From Candidatus Poribacteria bacterium (GTDB taxonomy: Bacteria > Poribacteria > WGA-4E > WGA-3G): a stretch of 64,000 nt of DNA. The notes beneath the pieces were generated by a model that searched no databases, was not told where the DNA came from, and saw only the letters and a program-made list of their open reading frames with translations. Every line of letters starts with the position of its first letter. The stretch's first letter is position 1. The stretch lies in contig OZ219753.1 in the NCBI GenBank assembly GCA_964291315.2, positions 3,008,001 to 3,072,000 on the forward strand, given 5' to 3'. The position numbers and the translations under genes were made by a program. Positions 10,201 to 19,323 of the stretch are shown in pieces.

Positions 10201-11458
10201 AACGATGTTTGCCGGGAGTGATAACAATCACAAGGCTTGGCTCAATGGAAAGTTAGTTAACGAAAATTATCATTGGCATAACGGCTACCAAGAGGTTTTC
10301 CCTGTCACGTTGAAACAGGGGAAAAATGTTCTCCTAACGGCTGTTCACACTTGGGGTGGCGGTTGGAGCGGTCATTTTGGATTTGCTCCTGACACAGAAT
10401 ATAATGTTATTTCGCCTGTAGGGGCTCGATTCGCTTGGTCCACAGCAACAAAGAAAGTTGGTGTTGGCGACACATTCACCCTTCATTTCACGGCAGAAGA
10501 TGCGGCTGATTTAGCAGGATGGCAGACTGATATTATATTTGATCCGGCGGTCATAAGGGCGAAAAAGGTGAACGAGGGAGGCTTTCTGAAGCAGGGCAAC
10601 CAGCAAACCTTCTTTAAGGCAGGCGAGATAAAAAATGCTCTTGGCAAAATCGTCGGAGTGCAAGCTGCACGAATAGCTGAAAACGGAGGCAGTGGAGAAG
10701 GTGCGCTGTTTTCAGTCAGATTCACCGCCAAGGCACCTGGAAAGAGTCGTGTGTTGCTACGCAACTTCTCTGCTGGTTCCAGTACTGGTAAAGGGATAGC
10801 TGGGGATCTGTTCGATATTGTTGTAGAGGTCGCCGCACCGCCGTGGGATGTCAATCAGGATGGTGTGACCGATGCCGCTGATGTAACATTGGTTAGAAAG
10901 GCCCGCGGACAATCCCCACCCAGAAACCCGCGTACCGATGTCAACAAGGACGGGGTTGTTAACGAAAAGGATGTCGCTGTTGTTACAGCGCACCTTGGGG
11001 AGGGCGCAGATCGGGCAGCACCGCCGCACGTTAAATTCCCGCTCGGTTTTACCCGTGAAATGGTTGAACAGACGCTCGACATCCTGCGGAGAACAGATGA
11101 TGGTTCCGTTGTGTTCCAACGCGGTATAACAAACCTTAAACATCTCTTAGCAGCTTTTATACCAGAAGAAACCGTCCTATTTCACAACTATCCGAACCCG
11201 TTCAATCCAGAGACGTGGATACCGTATCAACTCGCTGAATCTGCAAATGTAACGTTTCATATCTACAGCGCTAATGGGTTCTTGGTGCGAAGGTTGGAGC
11301 TGGGGCATCAAACCGCTGGTATCTATCAACATCGGAGTCGGGCAGCGCATTGGGATGGCAGGAATGAGGCTGGTGAACCTGTCGCAAGCGGGGTGTATTT
11401 CTACAGGCTCACGGCAGGCAACTTCACTGATACAAGAAAAATGCTAATAATGAAATAG
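7289..11458 (+). CDS. Secreted multidomain protein: planctomycete-type cytochrome c + second CxxCH domain + LRR + PA14-like + cohesin + dockerin-like + FlgD-Ig/T9SS-like CTD
   Basis: RBS gaggag; signal peptide; CLNCH...VVPGRPSQSEL...RMP...IRQWIDAGA; CIGCH; LRRs; 'DLAGWQTDIIFDP...VNEGGFL'; 'WDVNQDG'; 'NYPNPFNPETWIPY'. Confidence 0.88.
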   Translation: MKHVITISCLLLLIVGYQTVEAQGKFPPQVQAIFERNCLNCHGPHGAFTEQIVIESRDRLISSGSVVPGRPSQSELYTRLLEEDSAKRMPLGQPPLTPAAINTIRQWIDAGARSVNNGHPRDFIPNDAMLAAMQRHLATLDGFDRPYARYFTTTHLYNAGEAAGALSAYQVALSKLVNSLSWGFEIHNPEPIGAKNTIFYIDLRDYEWDRVDAWTEIENAYPYAIEYNEVTQSEELAKLTDLQTQMKCEVPFVHVDWFLANAALPPLYHDILDLPKTDRELERKLDVDVQRNLQTAPGVRVWRAGFNDSGVSNNNRVVERHTSRYGAYWKSYDFAGSTGTQNVFTHPLSFKADGGEIIFNLPNGLQAYYILDASGNRLNSAPPEIVIDPSARDPIVHNGLSCIGCHTEGTKRFEDEVRGVINRTVNPGFDKAQALRLYVERATIEGLLAQDSERYRVALEATGGVFGGIEPVHRFHEAFRGPVEAPEAAAAVDMKTEAFLAEIRNKPSLQRLGLTPLLSGGTVKRDVWTERFKDVVLEIFSPNGPVDCHETDTCDPPPPDTLDPNLRAAIVEALRLAPSELITEETMKRLTRLVADRKGIRHLTRLDEAINLERIELRYNAISDLTPLKDLRRLNDIKLRGNRITDVSPLAGLINVGWLGLEDNEITDVSPLRELVKLNGIGISGNPVSDISALASLISLEGIAAWNTSISDFSALARLPRLRWIEFGNDKSITRLPSLKELGGLRRLEINNCSISDISALAALTQLTTLKLNGNFISDLSPLTQLKNLTDLHLTRNIISDVSPLRGLTGLRELYLDENIISEVSPLARLTNLNTLQLKGNAISDFSPLKGLPADTYVGMERNPAFPTGGPKIAGPWLWAIVPSAGFLEGKDLLAQATNGAVTEEKVSTNGATAGKAVGDSLWISSTIKTGYGNNLNEVLDLFDLEISEGDKWEWVMYGVVILDSPREQKVTMFAGSDNNHKAWLNGKLVNENYHWHNGYQEVFPVTLKQGKNVLLTAVHTWGGGWSGHFGFAPDTEYNVISPVGARFAWSTATKKVGVGDTFTLHFTAEDAADLAGWQTDIIFDPAVIRAKKVNEGGFLKQGNQQTFFKAGEIKNALGKIVGVQAARIAENGGSGEGALFSVRFTAKAPGKSRVLLRNFSAGSSTGKGIAGDLFDIVVEVAAPPWDVNQDGVTDAADVTLVRKARGQSPPRNPRTDVNKDGVVNEKDVAVVTAHLGEGADRAAPPHVKFPLGFTREMVEQTLDILRRTDDGSVVFQRGITNLKHLLAAFIPEETVLFHNYPNPFNPETWIPYQLAESANVTFHIYSANGFLVRRLELGHQTAGIYQHRSRAAHWDGRNEAGEPVASGVYFYRLTAGNFTDTRKMLIMK

Positions 11459-11473
11459 TGATAGTTAGCGCCC

Positions 11474-11530
11474 AGTAGTTAAAGGGAGCATTGCCCGTTC
11501 GCGGCGCGCGATGAATTGCGGCACTACAAA
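11474..11530. repeat. Degenerate REP-like palindromic element
   Basis: agtagt...gcattgcccg ttcg cggcgcgcgatgaattgcggcactac, an imperfect inverted repeat with gtagt/actac ends just after a stop codon. Confidence 0.4.
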
Positions 11531-11578
11531 CGGGATTTCAATTCAGAAAATCAGTAATAAAAAGGAGTCAAATACGCT

Positions 11579-13162
11579 ATGAATGAGGAAAAAAGCAAGC
11601 CAAAGGTCAGTCTCGGTCTACTTTACGGGATTGTCATTGCAATTGTGGCTGGTGCCTTTATCGGTGGATTTGTGCCAGACTTCGCTGTCCACACAACTAT
11701 ACTCGGTGAGATATTCTTGAACCTATTGAAGATGATAGTCGTGCCACTTGTTGTCTTGTCGATGGTAGTCGGTATAACAAATTTAGGCGATATTCGTAAC
11801 ATCGGTTCCATCGGTGGGCGAACGGTTGTGTACTACATGGCGACGACTGGGCTTGCTGTTATCACCGGTATGATTCTCGTCAACATCATTGCGCCGGGTA
11901 AAGGGCTTTCACAAGGTGAACAACGTCCTGATCTCAACTACACCCTCTCTGGTGTTGAGAAACTCACCCTTCAGATGGATAGACAATTTGTTCGGACCTA
12001 TAACGATAAATATATTATCACGCTCACGGATCAGAACGTGCGTGGCGAGGTGGAGTCAATTTCGGGGAGAACCGTCACAGTAAAATCGTGGCAGCTTTTG
12101 TCTGAAGAGGCGCAATACGTCACAACGGACAGCGGTGACCGTCTATTGTTCATTGAAGGGAGTCCGACTCGGATAGAACTGCAGAACAGTGGCTCTGGCA
12201 TTAACATCGATCTGCCGATTGCTACAAGTATGTCCGATAAGACGGAACGGACGATGGGCGGCACTCTCAAAGAGGTATTTCTCGGCAACGCGGAGACCGG
12301 TAAGGAGGGCATGATCCCCTCGAACGTTTTCAAGGCGATGGTGAGAACTGATATTCTACCGTTAATCTTTTTCTCTCTGCTCATCGGTGCTGCGTTGTCT
12401 ACACTCGGTGAGCTGGGGAAGCCCGTTGTTGCGGTGATTTCGGGATTAAATGAAGCCGTGATGAAACTGGTTCACTGGATAATGTATGTTGCCCCGTTCG
12501 GTATTTTCGGCTTGGTGGCGGGTAGAATTGGTGAGGCAAAAGGGTTTGCAGGCTTTTGGCCCGAGCTTGTCGCGGTGGGCAAGTACAGTGCTACAGTGCT
12601 GTTAGGTCTCGGCTTGCACGGTATCGTTGTTTTACCGCTGCTCCTGTTATTCCTCGGCCGTAAAAATCCGCTCACCTATTTTAAGGGGATGGCGACCGCT
12701 ATACTCAACGCTTTTTCAACTGCGAGTTCAAGTGCAACGTTACCGTTAACAATGGAGGGTGTAGAGAATCAGAATGGCGTTTCGAGGCGCACCGCCACTT
12801 TCGTTCTGCCTCTGGGAGCAACCATCAACATGGATGGCACTGCCCTCTATGAGGCGATTGCGGTTATGTTTATCGCACAAGTCTATGCGATTTCCATGGA
12901 TCCGGCGCAACAAATCGTTGTCGTGCTTACGGCGACTTTAGCGGCTATTGGTGCGGCGGGAATCCCCGAAGCAGGCCTTGTCACAATGGTTATTGTCCTC
13001 CGAGCCGTCGATCTCCCGGTTGAAGGCATAACGCTTATACTTTCTATTGATTGGCTTCTCGACCGATTCCGGACTGCAATTAACGTCTGGGGCGACAGCA
13101 TCGGAGCGGGCGTAATTGAAAGATATGAATCTAGAAACTCATCTGAAGCAACTGTAACATAA
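11579..13162 (+). CDS. Dicarboxylate/amino acid:cation symporter (DAACS/GltP family) with enlarged extracytoplasmic loop
   Basis: 'FLNLLKMIVVPLV', 'AFSTASSSATLP', 'LPLGATINMDGTALY', 'DWLLDRFRTAINVWGD'. Confidence 0.93.
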   Translation: MNEEKSKPKVSLGLLYGIVIAIVAGAFIGGFVPDFAVHTTILGEIFLNLLKMIVVPLVVLSMVVGITNLGDIRNIGSIGGRTVVYYMATTGLAVITGMILVNIIAPGKGLSQGEQRPDLNYTLSGVEKLTLQMDRQFVRTYNDKYIITLTDQNVRGEVESISGRTVTVKSWQLLSEEAQYVTTDSGDRLLFIEGSPTRIELQNSGSGINIDLPIATSMSDKTERTMGGTLKEVFLGNAETGKEGMIPSNVFKAMVRTDILPLIFFSLLIGAALSTLGELGKPVVAVISGLNEAVMKLVHWIMYVAPFGIFGLVAGRIGEAKGFAGFWPELVAVGKYSATVLLGLGLHGIVVLPLLLLFLGRKNPLTYFKGMATAILNAFSTASSSATLPLTMEGVENQNGVSRRTATFVLPLGATINMDGTALYEAIAVMFIAQVYAISMDPAQQIVVVLTATLAAIGAAGIPEAGLVTMVIVLRAVDLPVEGITLILSIDWLLDRFRTAINVWGDSIGAGVIERYESRNSSEATVT

Positions 13163-13184
13163 CAGTCATAACTGATAGGTATTT

Positions 13185-15422
13185 ATGAAATCCCAAAACG
13201 ATATAGCCTCACAACAACCAGCACTGACTGGTGCAACTATCCTTGCAATCATCGGTGTCGTGTTTGCTGCAGGGTGGATAGCGTTCGCCTACTACAAAGG
13301 TAATACTGACCACAGTGATCGCATACTGTTATTACACCCGGTAGTGCCGATATTGCTGATTCTGCTTCTCGCGCGAATTTACCGCTGGATCGAAATAAAG
13401 AGTATCATCATTTTGGAAATCCTAATGATAGGCGTGTGGCTTTTCATCCGCCTATTGGGGGCCTTAACCCCTTTCATCCTAGGATTCTGTTTCGCCTATA
13501 TCTTCAGATTTCTCTGGAACACCCTCCCGTTCAAAAAGGAGCATCAGCGCGCTATCACTACTGTGCTGATTCTCGTGGTTTGTGGAGTCGCTTTTTTCTA
13601 CACCGGAAGACAAGTGAGTAGGCAAGCGAGACAAATGGGCAGTGGATTGATGAAGTTTTATCACGAAACCGTTCTACCTTATGTCAATGGGGAGGTCTTT
13701 AAGGCTATCACCGTGGGTTTTGATTCGCTCGCTGGCAAAGACGAAGAGGCAAATGCGGTTAACGGAGAAAAACGACAAACAGAGATTCTCTATGTTGCTA
13801 CGAACCACGGTGTCTACAGAATTCAACAGGGTGCGAGAGATGCCCTCGTCCGCGTCGGTATCACAAACGGCGCGATCCTCGGTAAGCAGATACAGGCACT
13901 TGCCATGGGCGAAAATGTCATCTATGCTGGGACACAAAAAGGGTTGTACAGATACTTTGAGGTTCTGCCTGCGGAGCCCGTTGAGGTCGTTCGTGCTAAT
14001 GGAAACGTTCAGAAAATCCAGCCGCAAATCTGGCACAAGGTGGAAGGGACCCCTTTTGATGCTAAGTCTGTTCAAGCCATCGATACGCCAGATTGGGATA
14101 GGACTCAACTCTACGTCGGAACTCAAGAAGGACTTTATGCGAGCAAAGACTTAGGGCAAACATGGCATGAAGTCGCGCCTACTCTTTATGAAGATAAATC
14201 GATCGTCAGCATCACTTCTATTGAGGATACCAGTGCCAATAGAATAACTTACGTTGCTAGTACAACGCAGACTGATCCAGAAGCCCCGCAGCAACCTATA
14301 GAAACGGCGATACATTGGCATCTTGAAGGAACCGCTCTGGATTGGGAGCCACTGCCGCCGATAACGCAAATTGTCTACGCACTTGCAGGCGAAGAAACAG
14401 CAGACCGAAATGTCGGTAGCAACGCTCAAGTTGAGCTATACGCTGGCACGCCGGATGGGCTCCATACATGGAACAGTCTCGATGGTTGGCAGAAAGTAGG
14501 GGGCGCAAGCGGAATTACGTTTCTAGCGTCCGCACCTTCAGGGTTATACGCCGGGGATTCCATGGTTATCCGACATCGTATTGAATCGACCGCGGGGTGG
14601 AAACCTTTTACTATAAATAAGAAAGGTATTACTGATACTTATAAGAACGAACCGATTGTTCAGCAGGGACGCGCCTATCTTACGGAAAGGATCCCCACAA
14701 TTGCTCAAACCGGTGGCGAAGTCGTCAAATGGGTTTCCGGATTCGTCAGATCAATTGCTTTTGGATTCGGTGGCTTTCTAGCAACCCTATTGCTTGCATT
14801 CGTCGTCTTTGTCTACGCGAATCAGTCTTTTGATACCTATTTCCGGTCCCTCGTTTCGCTGCTCCCTGAATCCCGTCGTGATACTGTCAAGTGTTATCTA
14901 CGTGAGATTGATAAAAATCTCCAACAATTCTTGAAAGGGCAGGTCACTGTCATCGCGATTATTTCAGCGATCTCTTGCATTGCCTACAGCGTCATCGGTG
15001 TTCCGTTCGCGCTGGTTGTAGGTTTGCTTGCTGGTATCTGTAACGCTATCCCGACCTTTGGCCCCTTTATAGGTGGTGGTTTCGCCTTGCTAGCGATGTT
15101 GATGGGGCTCGCAGCCGGCGATTTCAGTGTTATTGAATTTCTAGTCCGTTCCACAGTGGTGGTCGTTGTTGCCCTGGGAGTCCAAACCATCGACAACTCG
15201 CTGGTTTCCCCGAAAGTCATGAGCGACGCTGTCGATGTAGACCCCTTACTTATCATGTTTGCTGTCATCGTTGGGGCGACTATGCTCGGTTTTTGGGGGG
15301 TGCTGCTTGCAATTCCTATTGTTGTTGTGATAAAATCGGTTATCGCTGTTTCGCGCACTTTAGCAACGGACCAAGGCTTGACGAGCACATCAGCCAAAAC
15401 GAATGCGCTGGAGGGAAAATGA
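13185..15422 (+). CDS. AI-2E (PerM/UPF0118) family transporter with inserted beta-propeller-like domain
   Basis: 'LTPFILGFCFAYI'; C-terminal 'FLKGQV...NAIPTFGPFIG...QTIDNSLVSPKVM...GFWGVLLAIP'; internal YAGT.GLY repeats and Asp-box 'SKDLGQTW'. Confidence 0.85.
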   Translation: MKSQNDIASQQPALTGATILAIIGVVFAAGWIAFAYYKGNTDHSDRILLLHPVVPILLILLLARIYRWIEIKSIIILEILMIGVWLFIRLLGALTPFILGFCFAYIFRFLWNTLPFKKEHQRAITTVLILVVCGVAFFYTGRQVSRQARQMGSGLMKFYHETVLPYVNGEVFKAITVGFDSLAGKDEEANAVNGEKRQTEILYVATNHGVYRIQQGARDALVRVGITNGAILGKQIQALAMGENVIYAGTQKGLYRYFEVLPAEPVEVVRANGNVQKIQPQIWHKVEGTPFDAKSVQAIDTPDWDRTQLYVGTQEGLYASKDLGQTWHEVAPTLYEDKSIVSITSIEDTSANRITYVASTTQTDPEAPQQPIETAIHWHLEGTALDWEPLPPITQIVYALAGEETADRNVGSNAQVELYAGTPDGLHTWNSLDGWQKVGGASGITFLASAPSGLYAGDSMVIRHRIESTAGWKPFTINKKGITDTYKNEPIVQQGRAYLTERIPTIAQTGGEVVKWVSGFVRSIAFGFGGFLATLLLAFVVFVYANQSFDTYFRSLVSLLPESRRDTVKCYLREIDKNLQQFLKGQVTVIAIISAISCIAYSVIGVPFALVVGLLAGICNAIPTFGPFIGGGFALLAMLMGLAAGDFSVIEFLVRSTVVVVVALGVQTIDNSLVSPKVMSDAVDVDPLLIMFAVIVGATMLGFWGVLLAIPIVVVIKSVIAVSRTLATDQGLTSTSAKTNALEGK

Positions 15423-16843
15423 TGGAAACCACACGTCCGATTATTGCGATTGTTGGCAGGCCAAATGTCGGAAAGTCATCGCTCTTCAATCGGATTACCG
15501 CATCTGCCTGGGTACGTCCACAACAGACAAACCTCGAGTTTGCAGACACCGATGAGGCGATCCCGCGCAACAAAACGCGGAACGTCAGGAAATCGCGCGT
15601 TTCGCGTAAGATGGCTGTCGTCCATGATCTCCCTGGCGTAACGCGCGATAGGAATTACGCGGATGTTCAATGGAAGGACCGGTCTTTTACTGTTGTTGAT
15701 ACGGGCGGCTTGGATGTGGACCCCGAGGATCGTCTGATAGATAACGTGCAATTGCAGGTAGATGCCGCCCTAGCTGAAGCGAGTCTCGTTTTGTTAGTTG
15801 TCGATGCGCGCACTGGTGTTATGCCACACGACTTAATTGTTGCCAATAAACTCAGAGCCGCTGGCAAACCTATCTTCCTCGTTGTCAACAAGGTAGATAG
15901 CGAGCGGTTCCGTAATGAAGCGGCGGAGTTCTATGCACTCGGATTCCCTGAACCGATCTGGACATCGTGTGTCCAAAACGAAGGGATCCAAGAACTGCTC
16001 GACCACGTCGTGGATGCGCTACCGCATACTGATGCAACAGTGGATAATACCGATGCCGCGATCAAAATCGCGATTGTCGGCAGGCCGAATGTCGGGAAAT
16101 CATCACTTATTAATAACTTGTTAGGCGCGGAACGAATGATTGTCGACGATCGGCCCGGCACAACACGCGACGCTGTAAATATACGACTTGTTCACGACAA
16201 TGTGCCTTTTGAGGTAGTTGACACTGCCGGGATGCGCCGGAAATCCGCTATTAACGATGAACTCGAATCGGTAACCGTCCAGCGGGCTATCTACAGCATT
16301 CGGCACAGCGATGTCGCTGTCCTTGTGCTTGACGTAACGCAGGAAATCGCGCAGCAAGATAAGACAATCGCTAGTTTTATTGAACGGCATGGAAAAGCCT
16401 CTGTTTTGGTTTTGAATAAGTGGGATCTTATCAAAAAGGATAACACAACACATCGGGTATTTATGGACAAGCTAGACGTTCAACTCCGGCAACTCTATTA
16501 TGTTCCCCGTGTTTTTGTTTCTGCTATTACTGGTCAGCGGGTTACCCATATATTGGAAATTGCGCTTGAGGTGTATCGCGAGTATTGCACTCGTATCCCG
16601 ACTCCAGATCTTAACCAGTTACTCTTAGAGTTGCGAAACGTGCATCCGCCACCACGAGTCAAGGGCGTACGGCCGGCTCTTAAATATATCACACAGGTAG
16701 AGACAAAACCGCCTACCTTTCTCATCTTCGGACGAAATCTGCATCGGATACGTCCACCTTACGAGGCCTACCTTGTCAATAACATTCGGGAGGAATTCGG
16801 ATTCAACGGCACACCGATACGCATTTTTTATCGCCGATCATAA
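15422..16843 (+). CDS. der: Ribosome biogenesis GTPase Der (EngA); start revised to ATG at 15419/15422
   Basis: Two G domains (GRPNVGKSS twice; DTGG/DTAG; NKVD/NKWD), 'GVTRDR', 'GTTRD', KH-like C-terminus 'FGFNGTPIRI'; RBS ggaggg. Confidence 0.96.
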   Translation: METTRPIIAIVGRPNVGKSSLFNRITASAWVRPQQTNLEFADTDEAIPRNKTRNVRKSRVSRKMAVVHDLPGVTRDRNYADVQWKDRSFTVVDTGGLDVDPEDRLIDNVQLQVDAALAEASLVLLVVDARTGVMPHDLIVANKLRAAGKPIFLVVNKVDSERFRNEAAEFYALGFPEPIWTSCVQNEGIQELLDHVVDALPHTDATVDNTDAAIKIAIVGRPNVGKSSLINNLLGAERMIVDDRPGTTRDAVNIRLVHDNVPFEVVDTAGMRRKSAINDELESVTVQRAIYSIRHSDVAVLVLDVTQEIAQQDKTIASFIERHGKASVLVLNKWDLIKKDNTTHRVFMDKLDVQLRQLYYVPRVFVSAITGQRVTHILEIALEVYREYCTRIPTPDLNQLLLELRNVHPPPRVKGVRPALKYITQVETKPPTFLIFGRNLHRIRPPYEAYLVNNIREEFGFNGTPIRIFYRRS

Positions 16844-16854
16844 AGGAGGAATTC

Positions 16855-17829
16855 TTGGCACAACAGAGAGTTTTTATCACACGTCCTGTTCGAGAAGAAA
16901 TCCTAGCTAAGATTGCTGAGGCGTGTGAAGTTGAGATGTGGCATACAAGCGCGATCCTACCGCCTATCGCTGAAAAAATTCCGCAGCTCGATGGACTCAT
17001 GACATACGGACATGAACTGGTATCCCCGGAGATGATCGCTTCCGCGCGCAATCTCAAAGTTATTTCTGTTGTTGGTGTCGGCTATGATCACATCCACGTC
17101 GGAGCGTGCAAGGAAAGAGGGATTGCTGTCGGGCATACGCCAGGTGTCCTCAGCGATACAACCGCCGACATGACAATGGCACTGCTCCTCGCCGCCTCGC
17201 GGCAGATTGTTCCTGCCCATGATCACGTCCAAGCCAAGAGGTGGCTATACTTCGATCCCAACATCCTCTGGGGGTATGATGTACATCACGCGACGCTTGG
17301 CATTGTCGGCATGGGACGCATCGGTTACGCTGTCGCAAAACGCGCTTTGGGCTTTGATATGCGGGTCCTCTATTACAAACGCGAGCGCAGACATGACTGG
17401 GAGGAAGAACTCGGTGTCGAATACGCTGACATGGAGCGGCTCCTTCAATCTTCCGACTTCGTCACACTACACGTTCCGCTGACAGAAGAAACAATTTGTA
17501 TGATTGGAAAGGCGGAGCTTGAACTGATGAAAAATACGGCAATCTTGGTGAACATCGCTAGAGGTCCTGTTATTGATCACTACGCCTTGTACGACGCGCT
17601 CACAACCGGTCAAATTGCCGGCGCTGCTCTTGACGTAACCGAACCTGAACCGCTTAATATCGACCATCCGCTCCTTGGTTTAGATAACGTTATTATCGCC
17701 CCGCATCTGGGCAGTGCTACTATCCAAACGCGAACGAAAATGATGACGATGGCGATGGAGAACCTGCTCGCTGGATTGAAGAAGGAACCGCTGCCCTATG
17801 GTATTCCTCAGCCCGATGTATCCGAATAG
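16855..17829 (+). CDS. D-glycerate dehydrogenase / glyoxylate reductase (D-2-hydroxyacid dehydrogenase)
   Basis: GVGYDHI, TPGVL, GIVGMGRIG, LVNIARG, ALDVTEPEP, PHLGSAT. Confidence 0.9.
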   Translation: MAQQRVFITRPVREEILAKIAEACEVEMWHTSAILPPIAEKIPQLDGLMTYGHELVSPEMIASARNLKVISVVGVGYDHIHVGACKERGIAVGHTPGVLSDTTADMTMALLLAASRQIVPAHDHVQAKRWLYFDPNILWGYDVHHATLGIVGMGRIGYAVAKRALGFDMRVLYYKRERRHDWEEELGVEYADMERLLQSSDFVTLHVPLTEETICMIGKAELELMKNTAILVNIARGPVIDHYALYDALTTGQIAGAALDVTEPEPLNIDHPLLGLDNVIIAPHLGSATIQTRTKMMTMAMENLLAGLKKEPLPYGIPQPDVSE

Positions 17830-17877
17830 CAGATGTGCTGCCTCAATTTTATAAATCCTATATTGTAAGGAGCCTAA

Positions 17878-19203
17878 ATGCTACTTGAAAGATTGTTTCA
17901 GTTGAAAGAAAGCGGCACCACGGTGAAACGTGAGCTGATTGCGGGGCTCACAAATTTTATGGCGATTTCATACATAATCTTTGTGCAACCTTCGCTGTTT
18001 TCACAAGTAGGCATGGATCCTGGGGCTGTCATGGTTGCAACCTGTGTATCGAGCGCGATTGCTTCGTTTTTCATGGCGTTTCTGACCAATTATCCTGTTG
18101 TGTTAGCCCCTGGGATGGGGCTCAACGCCTACTTTGTTTTTGAAGTTTGCCAGGGCTTAAACTTACCGTGGCAGGAAGCGTTAGGCATCGTTTTTATAGC
18201 AGGCATGTTGTTCTTCATTCTCTCATTTGTTGGGATCCGTGAGGCGGTGATGAATGCTCTCCCTCCTTCACTTCAGAATGCTATCGCTATCGGGATTGGA
18301 CTGTTTATCGCGCTCATCGGTCTACAGATGAGTGGGATAATTACAAGGCATCCCGCCACGTTTGTAACTCGGAGCGATCTTTTATCGACGCCTGTGTTGC
18401 TTTCTCTTTTCGGTATTGCTGTGACGCTCGCGCTCTTGGCGCGTAAAGTGCGAGGTGCTATTCTCATCGGAATCCTTGTGGCCACTGTCCCGAACCTCAT
18501 ATTTGGGCTTGCCCAGTACGAGGGGGTCGCCGCACCGCCACCTCCCCTTGAACCGACGTTTTTCAAGCTGCGATTTCCGAATGTTTTTGCCAAACTAGAA
18601 CTGATCTCCGTAATTTTTGTTTTCTTTGCTATAGACATGTTTGATAGTATCGGCACGCTCACGGCTATCGGTTACAGAGCGGAATTGCTTGAGGAAGGGA
18701 AACTTGCAAAAGCGAAGCGTGCTCTTTTAACAGACGCAGGTAGTACGGTTGGAGGTGCTTTACTCGGCACCTCAACTGTCACATGTTATATTGAGAGCAC
18801 CACGGGTATTACTGTGGGCGGACGGACAGGGCTCACTGCTGTCTTTACAGGGATTTTTATGCTGCTCTCCATTACGTTCTATCCGCTCGTTAAGATCGTA
18901 GGCGGAGCATACATTGTAGAAGGTATCCAACTCCATCCGATTATCGCCCCTGCGCTCATTATCGTTGGCGGACTGATGCTCAGAAATGTTAACCAGATCG
19001 ATTGGGATGACATCACAGAATCGATCCCGGCGTTCCTTACGATACTGATGATGCCCCTCTCGTTTAGCATTACAGATGGTATCGGTTTTGGACTCATCTC
19101 TTTGGCGTTCCTCAAGTTGGTCACGGGGCGTGGAAAAGAGGTGAATCCTATTATCTATTACTTCGCACTCTTCTTCATTGCCTGTTACATCGGAGATCTA
19201 TAG
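17878..19203 (+). CDS. NCS2/AzgA-type purine permease
   Basis: 'ELIAGLTNFMAISYI', 'APGMGLNAYF', 'DMFDSIGT', 'YIESTTGITVGGRTGL', 'PAFLTILMMPLSFSI'. Confidence 0.93.
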   Translation: MLLERLFQLKESGTTVKRELIAGLTNFMAISYIIFVQPSLFSQVGMDPGAVMVATCVSSAIASFFMAFLTNYPVVLAPGMGLNAYFVFEVCQGLNLPWQEALGIVFIAGMLFFILSFVGIREAVMNALPPSLQNAIAIGIGLFIALIGLQMSGIITRHPATFVTRSDLLSTPVLLSLFGIAVTLALLARKVRGAILIGILVATVPNLIFGLAQYEGVAAPPPPLEPTFFKLRFPNVFAKLELISVIFVFFAIDMFDSIGTLTAIGYRAELLEEGKLAKAKRALLTDAGSTVGGALLGTSTVTCYIESTTGITVGGRTGLTAVFTGIFMLLSITFYPLVKIVGGAYIVEGIQLHPIIAPALIIVGGLMLRNVNQIDWDDITESIPAFLTILMMPLSFSITDGIGFGLISLAFLKLVTGRGKEVNPIIYYFALFFIACYIGDL

Positions 19204-19323
19204 GCGGGAGCTCCTCCTAAATCAGACAGCTGTGGCTGCAGTCGGTGTTGAAAAAACACGTCCACAAAAAGATACCGTGAGTGCAGCACTTTCAAAACAC
19301 GCGCACAAAGGAATAATATTATA

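Noticed and set aside
15293-15418. N-terminal extensions in the ORF track (also 37818, 47258, 47659, 51668, 52995, 57391)
   Set aside because: They overlap upstream genes or promoters; downstream ATGs have an RBS, a signal peptide or homology-consistent starts.
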